Shown here: piece after piece, positions 54,085 to 64,000 of the stretch
How the letters are laid out: the number at the start of each line of letters is the position of its first letter
Numbering within the stretch: position 1 is the first letter of the stretch
Made by a program: the position numbers and the translations under genes
Assembly (NCBI RefSeq): GCF_006345805.1
Contig: NC_043003.1
Coordinates: forward strand, 744,001-808,000
DNA length: 64,000 nucleotides
Source: Octopus sinensis
Taxonomy: Eukaryota
Reading direction: 5' to 3'
Notes under the pieces: model-generated
Databases searched by the model: none
Told to the model about the DNA's origin: nothing
Seen by the model: the letters and a program-made list of their open reading frames with translations, nothing else

Positions 54085-56118
54085 TGAGGTATCAAGCTGT
54101 TGGACCAGGTGATGAAGGTTACGGAGAGGGTCATAGCCCAACTAATTAGAGAGAGAGTTAGTTTAGATGAGATGCAGTTTGGGTTTGTGCCAGGGAAAAG
54201 TACTACTGATGCTATATTCCTGGTAAGGCAGCTGCAGGAGAAATACCTAGCCAAAGATAAGCCCCTGTACCTGGCTTTTGTTGACATGGAGAAAGCCTTC
54301 GACAGGGTCCCCCGATCCCTTATCTGGTGGGCAATGAGAAAACTAGGGATAGATGAATGGTTAGCGAGAGCTGTGCGGGCCATGTATAGGGACACTGCTA
54401 GTAGGGTGAGGGTTGGAAATGAGTACAGTGAAGAATTCCGGGTAGAGGTAGGGGTCCACCAAGGCTCAGTACTCAGCCCCCTCCTATTTATCATAGTCCT
54501 CCAGGCAATAACGGAGGAATTCAAGACAGGATGCCCTTGGGAGCTCCTCTATGCTGATGACCTTGCTCTAATTGCTGAGTCGCTATCAGAACTGGAGGAG
54601 AAGTTTCAGGTGTGGAAACAAGGATTAGAATCGAAGGGCCTCAGAGTCAATCTAGCTAAAACCAAAGTCGTAATCAGTAGGAAGGTAGACAAATCACAAA
54701 CACCTTCAGGTAGATGGCCCTGCTCGATCTGTAGAAAAGGTGTAGGTAGAAACTCTATAAGATGCACCAAGTGTAAGCTATGGACACATAAGAGATGCAG
54801 CAATGTCAAAGGAAGGCTAACTAGGAAGATGGTTTTTGTATGTGGCAGATGCTCAGGAACAATAAACACTGAAAATGCTCTGAGACCAACTTCCGTCACT
54901 TTCCAGGGAGAAACACTAGAAATAGTTGATAGTTTCCGTTACCTAGGTGACCAAGTCAGCAGCGGGGGTGGGTGTGCTGAAAGTGTAACTGCTAGAGTAA
55001 GAATAGCTTGGGCAAAGTTCAGAGAGCTCTTACCTCTGCTGGTGACAAAAGGCCTCTCGCACAGAGTGAAAGGCAGACTGTATGATGCGTGTGTACGAAC
55101 AGCCATGCTACATGGCAGTGAAACATGGGCCATGACTGCTGAGGATATGCGTAAGCTCGCTAGAAATGAAGCCAGTATGCTCCGGTGGATGTGTAATGCC
55201 GGTACTCACACTCGGCAGAGTGTAAGTACCTTGAGAGAAAAGCTGGACCTAAGAAGCATCAGTTGTGGTGTGCAAGAGAGACGTTTGCGCTGGTATGGTC
55301 ATGTGGCGAGAATGGATGAAGATAGTTGTGTGAAAAAGTGCCACACCCTAGCGGTTGAGGGAACCTGTGGAAGAGGCAGACCCAGGAAAACCTGGGACGA
55401 GGTGGTGAAGCACGACCTTCGAACTTTAGGTCTCACTGAGGAAATGACTAGAGACCGAGACCTCTGGAAGTGTGCTGTGCGCGAGAAGACCCGGCAGGAC
55501 AAGTGAGTCCACAACCCGTGGCCTTCTACATGGGATGGAGCCAGCCTACGTATGCATACCTTCCCTTCTTGGGACACAAAACTCTACTTGTGAAGACGTG
55601 TTGAGGCAAGTGAGGATCAGAATCGAAATCGATCAATGGAAATTGCGGATGTGCTACCAGTGCCGGTGGCATGTCGAAACTCTGCTTGTGAAGACCCATT
55701 GAGGCAAGTGAGGATCAGAATCGAAATCGATCAATGGAAATCGATCAATGGAAATTGCAGATGTGTTACCAGTGCCGGTGGCATGTAAGAGAACTTTCCG
55801 TTTCGCGACCGTTGCCAGCACCGCCCCGTTTCGTGTCCGTTGCCAGCCTCGCCTGGCCCTCGTGCCGGTGGCACATAAAAAGCACCATCCGTTCGTGGCC
55901 GTTTGCCAGCTCTGTCTGGCACCAGTGCGGGTGGCACGTAAAAAGCACCCACTACACTCACGGAGTGGTTGGCGTTAGGAAGGGCATCCAGCCGTAGAAA
56001 CACTGCCAGATTTGACTGGGCCTGATGAAGCCTTCTGGCTTCACAGACCCCAGTAGAACCGTCCAACCCATGCTAGCATGGAAAACGGACGCTAAATGAT
56101 GATGATGATGATGATGAT
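54085..56118 (+). mobile_element. 5'-truncated young RTE-clade LINE (RT, 3' UTR, (GAT)n tail) inserted into a family C SINE
   Basis: Starts mid-ORF at GIKLLDQVMK; SINE sequence stops at ttttgccaggtgag and resumes after the tail (gagttgatgggagcaacatgaaa). Confidence 0.92.
54100..55506 (+). CDS. Non-LTR retrotransposon reverse transcriptase (RTE clade), N-terminally truncated, with an internal PHD-type finger
   Basis: QFGFVPGKSTTDAIF, FVDMEKAFDRV, GVHQGSVLSPLLF, YADD (54550-54561), FRYLG, GRGRPRKTW; 468 codons without a stop. Confidence 0.92.
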   Translation: MDQVMKVTERVIAQLIRERVSLDEMQFGFVPGKSTTDAIFLVRQLQEKYLAKDKPLYLAFVDMEKAFDRVPRSLIWWAMRKLGIDEWLARAVRAMYRDTASRVRVGNEYSEEFRVEVGVHQGSVLSPLLFIIVLQAITEEFKTGCPWELLYADDLALIAESLSELEEKFQVWKQGLESKGLRVNLAKTKVVISRKVDKSQTPSGRWPCSICRKGVGRNSIRCTKCKLWTHKRCSNVKGRLTRKMVFVCGRCSGTINTENALRPTSVTFQGETLEIVDSFRYLGDQVSSGGGCAESVTARVRIAWAKFRELLPLLVTKGLSHRVKGRLYDACVRTAMLHGSETWAMTAEDMRKLARNEASMLRWMCNAGTHTRQSVSTLREKLDLRSISCGVQERRLRWYGHVARMDEDSCVKKCHTLAVEGTCGRGRPRKTWDEVVKHDLRTLGLTEEMTRDRDLWKCAVREKTRQDK

Positions 56119-57370
56119 GAGTTGATGGGAGCAACATGAAAAAAAGTGTCTTGCTCAAGGACACAGCACACCACTGGAAATTGAACCCCTGACCCTAGAA
56201 TTGTGAACCAAATACCCTAACCACTTAGCTACACACCTTAAATCATCATCAACATCATCGTTTAATGTCTGCTTTCCATGCTAGCAAGGGTCAGACGATT
56301 TTGACTGAGGGCTGGCGAACCAGATGGCTGCACCAGGCCCCAATCTGATCTGGCAGAGTTTCTACAGGTGGCTGCCCTTCCTAACGCTAACCACTCCGAG
56401 AGTGTAATCCAGAGTTAAAATGTGTAAAAAACATACAATATGTGCAGAGATAGTTCAATTCCTTGTAACCCACTCTTCTAGGTTAAATATGCCATTTCCT
56501 TTACCAAAACAAATGGTTATTATGGTTTGGATGAAGAGTTTGGAATTTCTAGAATGTTTCTAAACAATCAAATTCAGTTACACCCAGGCCCCAGTTTTCA
56601 TTCTAACCATTCCTGAACCCCTTCAATTTCATTCTTCAAATAAAATATGACATGTGTGTGTTTCAGTAAATTTTGAAGTTCAAGAATTTGTGGAAGTCTT
56701 TTTAAAGTAACCAGTTTTTTTTCATCCATTATTAATTAAACTGTTTTTGGAAACATAACAAATGGTTCCTACACGTAATTATGATGATGTAAGGTGTTTA
56801 ATTAAACATGATCATTTGCAAATGTGGGGCTTTGAGTCATAAAGCAAAAGGTGGTCTTGGGTGGGGAGGGTGTTATTAGAATAGTCTAGAGAACAAAATG
56901 AGAACATAAAATACACACACACACAAATCATCCTCATTTCTAATGTCCCCTTTTCCATGCTTGCAAGGATCAGATGGAATTTGTTGAGGCAGATTTCCTA
57001 CAACTGGATGCTCTTCCTGTTGCTAACTCTCACCTACTTCCAAATAAGGTAATATCTCCCCCATGACTAAACATGGTTTCACAGAATACTGGAAATGAAG
57101 GACACCACTTACATGACAGTGACACTCGTTTACAACTACTATCATGTGAAGTCAGGCAAGGAGACAGTAACACACACTTCTTGATAAAGAAATAGGCACA
57201 GGCGTGGCTATATGGTAAAGAAGCTTGCTTCCCAACCACATGGTTCCAGGTTCAGTCCCACTGGTGGCATCTTGGGCAAGTGTCTCTTGGGCAAGTGTCT
57301 TCTACTATAGCTTCAGGCCAACCAAAGCCTTGTGAGTGGATTTGATTGATGGAAAGTGAAAAAAGCTCAT

Positions 57371-57405
<35 letters not shown>

Positions 57406-57572
57406 GTACATTATATACAAAATTAAGAGGAATGACCACTAAGGTGGACTCCTAATATGCTAAATATAGATGTCAAATTGCCATTACCACGAAGAATGTG
57501 TTCTCAAGGAAAATTTCAGCAAAACACTAAAATGTAAAAATGAGCAAGACAAATGAAAATACAGGAAATAAA

Positions 57573-57658
57573 AAACGATTACCAATGTACCATGATTTCA
57601 CTTGTTAATATTTATGTATGTAAATATCTGCAAGATCATCAGCGTAGTCTGTCGTTTA
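57573..57658 (-). ncRNA. Degenerate hammerhead ribozyme-like motif
   Basis: Minus strand: aaacga..tacg CTGATGA t-cttg..atattta-cataca-taaatat..caag-t GAAAt catg GTA c..gtaatcgttt; lies in the TA-flanked module 57416-57693. Confidence 0.5.
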
Positions 57659-57721
57659 CAAAACACAATTTCCAGAACTAGACACAGAACGCTATATATA
57701 TATGGTATTAGCTGGTGTTTT

Positions 57722-57764
57722 CAAAGCGATGAATAGCTTTTTGCTGAAACCATGGTTCGCTTTG
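57722..57764 (+). ncRNA. Degenerate hammerhead ribozyme-like motif
   Basis: caaagc GATGA at-agc-ttttt-gct GAAAC catg GTT c gctttg; stem I caaagc/gctttg; the first two core bases (CT) are missing. Confidence 0.45.
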
Positions 57765-57972
57765 TTCTCTTACTTTAATATCATCTTATAATCATCTCAT
57801 AATAATTACTTTTATGACTCTTATTACTACCTCAATCCATCTAAATGTATATATTTGTCGTTACCTGTCATAAAAAGCCTTTCTTTATTTGCAATGTGCA
57901 TTTTCGTTGATTTTTCATATTTTACCCTTACATTTCCACGTGTATCTTTATTTTCTTTTTGTAACATATTTC

Positions 57973-58010
<38 letters not shown>

Positions 58011-58018
<8 letters not shown>

Positions 58019-58277
58019 AGGGATATTAGCCAACTGAATATGGCTAGGGACAGGGCAGGGTGGTGGGGGTGTCACTGTTGCATTTAGCCCCAGGCGAACA
58101 TCGTCACCAGATAGGCCGATGCCATCACGGCGTCCTCTATCTTGCAAGAGGACGCCGTGATGGCGTCGGCCTATCTGGTGACGTTGATGTTCGCCTGGGG
58201 CTAAATGCAACAGTGACACCCCCACCACCCTGCCCTGTCCCTAGCCATATTCTGTTGGCTAATATCCCTTATATTAT
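58011..58277. repeat. Long GC-rich fold-back palindrome, arms about 128 bp, 8-nt loop
   Basis: 58011-58138 versus 58147-58277: two substitutions and one 3-nt indel seen; left arm starts at (TA)n. Confidence 0.96.
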
Positions 58278-58311
58278 GGAGCAGTCACTGTCTATATCTC
58301 ATTTAGAGAAT

Positions 58312-58374
<63 letters not shown>

Positions 58375-60808
58375 TATATATGTTCATCATCGTCATTTAA
58401 CATCCGCTTTCTATGCTGTCATGGGTTGGACAGCTTGACTGAGGACTGGCAAGCCAGGAGGCTGTACCAAGCTCCAATCTGATAGGTAGATATGTATGTA
58501 TGTATTTGTATGCCTGTGTTTGTTGCCTTGCCATCGCTTGACAACCGATGTTGGTGTGTTTACATCCCAGAAACTTAACAGTTTGGTAAAAGAGACCGCT
58601 AGAGTAAGTACCAGGCTTACAAAGAATAAGTACCGGGGTCAATTTCTTTGACTAAAGGCGGTGCTCCAGCATGGCCACAGTCAAATGACTGAAACAAGTA
58701 AAAGTATCAACAACAAGTACAACAACAAAAGCCATAATAGTTCCACTGAGGATTAAGGACAAGAACGGTTAGCAGTGTCATTTGGCATTTGCAGTGTGGC
58801 GTTTTGGTAAGGAATTACCTGACATAATAGACAATGGAATGGAATTCTAGTCATTCACCACCATCCCCCATCATGCATTGCACCCCCCCTACAACTGTTG
58901 CTATCACCACCACCACCACCATAACTAGCACACTGCCACCAGCACCACCAGCACCACCACTACCACCACCATAACTAGCACATTGCCATTAGCACCACCA
59001 GCCCCAGTATCAGCATCACCACCACCACCATCACCATCACCACAACTAATACACTGCCACCTCCCTCCTCCCCACTTATTTCACCCTCACAAGCAAGTGG
59101 AAGAAAAGCTCTGCAAAGTTAATCAGCCTGCTAGACATAGCAGCCAAATCTTTCTGAAATCACAACCTACTGTCTTACAAAAATAAAAAAGGGATAATGT
59201 TATCCTGTGTTGGTTCCCTGCATGTAGAAAAAGAAACCAGGATGGTCATGGTTGGAATGGCTTCAATCACGGCTGACTTGGGGCTAAATAACAATAACAA
59301 CCGCCTCACCATCGCAATGTGAGCCTTAACCAGCACTTCTCCATGACTACCATCGCTATGGCAATGAAATAAATGCCAACAACTTTACTTCCCCCTTTAC
59401 TCACAAAATACCAACTCTACACCCCCCTCCACCACCACCGCCATTACCACCTCCATTAGCACCTCCAACACCACCACCTCCACCTTTAGCACTTTCATCA
59501 CCACCACCACCACCACCATTAACACCTCCATAAGTACCAATGCCACCTTTTATTGTTGCAAACATCATCCCCACCACCAAACACACAACCACATGCATAG
59601 AAATTCCTCAATGCTAACAGTTAGTAGTAACTCTCTCCATCCTCCTGCACCCCCCCTTCAATTCTATAACTATCAGTAGCACTATTTACACACACACACT
59701 CACTCACATACACACACACACACACACCCTCACTCACACACACACACACAAACCCTCATTCACACGCACACATACATACACCCTCACTCACCCCACCTCA
59801 AACCCTCAAACCCCTTCCCTGCATCCCTCCCTCCTGCTCGTGCACATATCCTGTTGCACAGCCAGCAACTACACCAGAAGGCAATCGTAAACTCAGTTAT
59901 ATTCCAATTCCTTTTTATTCGTGGTGCCATTACAAACATCGTTGCCACCAGTGACATCATCACCAACACTAAACCCTGCCACGAACACGACTTGTTGAAC
60001 AACAAAAATATCCTAAACACCAACAGCATGACTGCTAAGATGACAAAAAACTACCAGTTTCATATTTCGTGAAGAGATTAAGGATGTTGCACAAATTTGT
60101 AATTACCAAAAAAAAACAAACAAACTAAGATATACAAAAAGATACAGTCTTCTTCCATGAAATAAAGCCGGGTTTTCTATTAATTAAGAACAACATTTGG
60201 TAATGTATTTATGGATCTATGAAATTAAAAGTTAAAATGTTACGTCCTACAATCTGCCAGGCCAACAGATCAACACTAAAGACTTCCATGTAATGATTGC
60301 TACATGAAGGTTACATTAAAGAGGTGAGGTTTTGTATTGTCTTTCCCTGACATGTGATGGGATTAGGATTAAATATTAGTTTTGTGTCTTATCAGATCCT
60401 GGCCTTTGGATTATAGTTATCTATGTGAATTAATAAACTCCTGTAACTTACCCAACAACATCCTTCCCTTGTTCACTTCCTATCTACTGTTTTGTCATTC
60501 CCATTCTGCTGTTCAGCTCTGTCAGTCATCTCCTACTCTCCCTCCAAATTCAGTGTTCTCTAGCTCCACTTGATCACTCCTACCTTCTAAAATATGAGTG
60601 TAGTCATGTTGCTTCTCTATAGCAAGAAATTTATTCTGCTCTGGCCTTTTTCTTTCATAATTTTATCCATCTTTTGCACCTCATCTCTTAGCATAAAGTT
60701 GCCCCTAATAGTCTTACAAACTGCACATGCCGATGACATGAAAACAGCACCCAGGACATGCTGTAAAGGGGTTGGCATTAGGAAGAGCATCCAGCGATAA
60801 AACCATGT

Positions 60809-61027
60809 GGTAATGTCCTATTTTAACACTGTAAATTATTTGCACCACTGTACCATTTTCTGCATAAAAACTTAAACGTATACAATTTTTTTATTCTACC
60901 AATGTTTTGTTGCTTTTTTACTAGTAACATTTATTTTATGTATATTTTCAAGTTTTTTTTTATATTTATTTGACTGCATTTGTTTTAATGGCACAAATAA
61001 TTTACAATGTTAAAATAGGAAATTACC
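60809..61027. mobile_element. MITE with roughly 39-bp TIRs and a perfect 9-bp TSD (Mutator-like), inserted in a LINE 3' fragment
   Basis: ggtaatgtcctattttaacactgtaaattatttgcacca / tggcacaaataatttacaatgttaaaataggaaattacc; TSD aaaccatgt at 60800-60808 and 61028-61036. Confidence 0.88.
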
Positions 61028-61687
61028 AAACCATGTTAAGGCAGACATTGGAGCACAATGCAGTCCTTGGGCCAATCAGATCACGTCAAACCATCCAATC
61101 CATGCCAACATGGAACATGGACCTTAAAAGATGAGGATGATCATCTTGGATTTGAACTTTTGCCACAACACATGTTTATCATGAAATAATTAGGTCTCTG
61201 TCTTTTATCCCAAAACAACAGTCTCTATTCTTTGGCAGCTCGTTAGGGGAACTGTGCAAATACAGAACAAAGTTTTAACATTATGTATTGCCTACAACAG
61301 AATTGAACTCAAGACCTGGGAGTTTAATATCTTATAGACTTTATCCGTTTCTAAGCAACAGGATATTTCCCAGAGCCAGACATATTCTTCAAGAAAGACT
61401 AGAATTGATCATCGTATTTATTTACAACCATTACATGATGAGACTACACAGACACACACAATCTTTTGTGAGACAATGGATCTTGAAGCAGATAAAGCTA
61501 TAAATAATAATGAGTAAAGTCAGAGACTGTGTATGGGACTTGGACCGACCCACAGCTGTACACAAGACAGACACTATCATTGGGCCAGGCTGTTATTTAT
61601 AGCCTTAATCTACTTCAAGATACACTGTTCCAAAAAAGAATTATTTTTATGTTCTCTGAAAGTTTCTAAATTTTTATGATGTCAGCA

Positions 61688-61718
<31 letters not shown>

Positions 61719-61763
61719 TTTTCCTCCATCTTCCTTTTCTCTTGGACGTTCCTCCGTCTCCTG

Positions 61764-61796
61764 TTTCTGATGAAGAGCTTTGTTCAAAACATAAAA
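61764..61796 (+). ncRNA. Degenerate minimal hammerhead-like motif in a TA-flanked module
   Basis: ttt CTGATGA a-gagc-ttt-gttc aAAAC ata aaa; G>A changes fit CpG decay; related deleted copy at about 22900-23015. Confidence 0.45.
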
Positions 61797-61914
61797 TTAC
61801 CTTTCTTTCCTTCCCTGAGTGTCTTTTAATACTTTGCATGTAATACGTCCTCACGTTGTTGTTTTGTCTTCATTTTTTGAGGGGCATTTACTATATATAT
61901 ATATATATATATAT

Positions 61915-62161
61915 ACTCCTTTACTTGTTTCAGTCATTTGACTCTGGTCATGCTAGAGCACCGCCTTTAGTCAAAGAAATCGACCCCAGGACTTATTCTT
62001 TGTAAGCCTAGTACTTATTCTATCGGTCCCTTTTGCCGAACCACTAAGTGTTGGGATCGTAAACACACCAGCATCGGTTGTCAAGCGATCTTGGGGGACA
62101 AACACAGACACACATACATATATATATATACATACATACATACATACATACATACGTACAT

Positions 62162-62192
<31 letters not shown>

Positions 62193-62354
62193 TATATACG
62201 ACGGGCTTCTTTCAGTTTCCATCTACCAAATCCACTCACAAGGCTTTGGTCAGCCCGAAGCTATAGTAGAAGGCACTTGCCCAAGGTGCCATGCAGTAGG
62301 ACTGAACCCAGAACCATGTGGTTGGTAAGCAAGCTACTTACCACACAGCCACTC
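61915..62354 (-). mobile_element. tRNA-derived SINE family A, head-to-head with an older + strand copy (62355-62715)
   Basis: Colinear with 24171-24562; the second copy starts immediately afterwards in the opposite orientation. Confidence 0.85.
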
Positions 62355-63365
62355 AGGTGTGATCATGTGGTAAGAAGTTTGTTTTGCAACCATTGGTTCC
62401 AGGTTCAGTCCCACTGCATGGCACTTTGGGCAAGTGTCTTCAACTATAGCTTCGGGCCATCCAAAGCCTTTGTGAATGTATTTGGCAGATGGAAAACTGA
62501 AAGAAGCCAGTCGTGTGTGTGTGTGTGTTTCTCTTCCACCACTGCTTGACAGCTGATGTTGATGTGTTTATGTTCCTGCAACTTAGCAGTTCAGCAAAAG
62601 TGACCAACAGAATACCAAGTTTACAAAATAAAAGTACCGGAGTTGATTCATTGAAGTAACATTCATCAAGGCAGTGCTGCAGCATGGCCACAGTCAAATA
62701 ACTGAAACAAGAAAGACACATACACACCCACAATACGCTTCTTTAAGATTCTGTCTCCGAAACTCACTTCCAACACTTTGGCCAGTCTAGAATCCCCAAA
62801 CTGCTGTACAGTTGGAATGAAGAAATGAACCCGAGACCTCAAGGTTGGGAGGCAAGCTCCTTAACCACACAGCCAACCTATTCTTAGTGTATGTAAATAA
62901 ACTGACATTCACATTATTTGTTTATGTTAGAGAGAATGGATAAACTCTGGCGGCCAATTCCAGCTAAACATGACAATCTACCAATGTTTATACATCAATA
63001 AAAGTGTATTTCAGTTTATTTCAATAAATACTCAACTCAAATCTCTGATCTCTTCATCAGTTCAGCTTTTTATTTATATGAGTAACTTTTTTTCCCTTTT
63101 CTTTTTTTCCCTGCCATTCTTTATCGTGTGTTTGTGTGTATGTGTGTGTTTGTGTGTGAGTGTGTGTTTGTCTGTGTTAATTTATATGTGTATTATCAAC
63201 GTTTTTGTGGTGCTGTGTATATGTTATGAGATAAGTTAGTTAGGATAGGGAGATAGACAGAGTGGCAGATAATAGAGTGTTAAGTAGACAGACAGACAGA
63301 TAGATAGAGAGAGAGAGAGAGAGATAGGCATATAGATAGATAGGCAGATAGATAGATAGATAGAT

Positions 63366-63399
<34 letters not shown>

Positions 63400-63685
63400 G
63401 CATATAGATAGATGGATGGATGGATGGATGGATAGATAGATAGATAGATGGATGGATGGATAGATAGATAGATAGGCATATAGATAGATAGATAGATTGT
63501 GCGTGTGTAAGTGTGAAAAGTGAGAGAGAGTGGGAGGCAAGTGGTTGCAGAGTCAGAAATAATAGCCAAGATCTTAAAGCTAGATTTCAGTTAAACAATA
63601 CATATATATGTACACACACACACACACACACACACACTTACACACACCTATGTGTGTGTATTTAGATACACAAATACACACACAC

Positions 63686-63725
<40 letters not shown>

Positions 63726-64000
63726 GTTGCAAGGAATTTCAGAGTTGCAGAATTCCAGGCCAGCAGTCTAATGATAGCATTGCTAGAGATGGTGTGTGCA
63801 TTGGCAGAGAAGTGTGTGTGTGTGTGTGTGTAGATCTGTGTGGGTTGGTTGGCTCTCTTCAGTATATTAAAACAGCTGCTACGCAAACATTGACCCCCCT
63901 CCACTGCACATCAACCATCCACTCACCTGGCTGCAGGTTGTTAACTAAACTGACAGGTAAACATAGAAATGAAAGTAAAATCAGTCAGTAGCTACCCCCA

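Noticed and set aside
56021-56060. CTGATGA plus a hairpin in the LINE tail as a hammerhead
   Set aside because: No GAAA follows the stem (tgaagcc-ttct-ggcttca-caga), so the core is incomplete.
57827-58371. Two similar ORFs (MVGVSLLHLAPGEH...) on opposite strands
   Set aside because: They result from the palindrome, use non-ATG starts, run into TA repeats, and show no recognisable domain.

Overview
This is AT-rich, microsatellite-saturated animal DNA. The SINE/LINE repertoire and repeat density suggest an octopus or other coleoid cephalopod (inference, not checked). I cannot support any host protein-coding gene: nearly all ORFs in the track are translations of simple repeats. The only long intact ORF is the 3' part of a young RTE-clade LINE (54100-55506). 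It carries a C4HC3 PHD-type finger inside its reverse transcriptase and is inserted into a SINE. The rest is nested tRNA-derived SINEs, 3' ends of the same LINE, RTE and R4/Dong fossils, a DD37D (maT) mariner remnant, and hAT-, piggyBac-, mariner- and Mutator-like MITEs. Three structures stand out. (1) A near-homogeneous 43-bp array of about 77 copies sits inside a piggyBac-like element (42761-46550). (2) Several long fold-back palindromes each have one arm abutting a (TA)n tract. (3) Several degenerate minimal hammerhead-ribozyme modules lie between (TA)n tracts. Together, (2) and (3) suggest a microsatellite-targeting Penelope-like or retrozyme-like system. Coordinates were read by eye, and boundaries of degenerate repeats are approximate.
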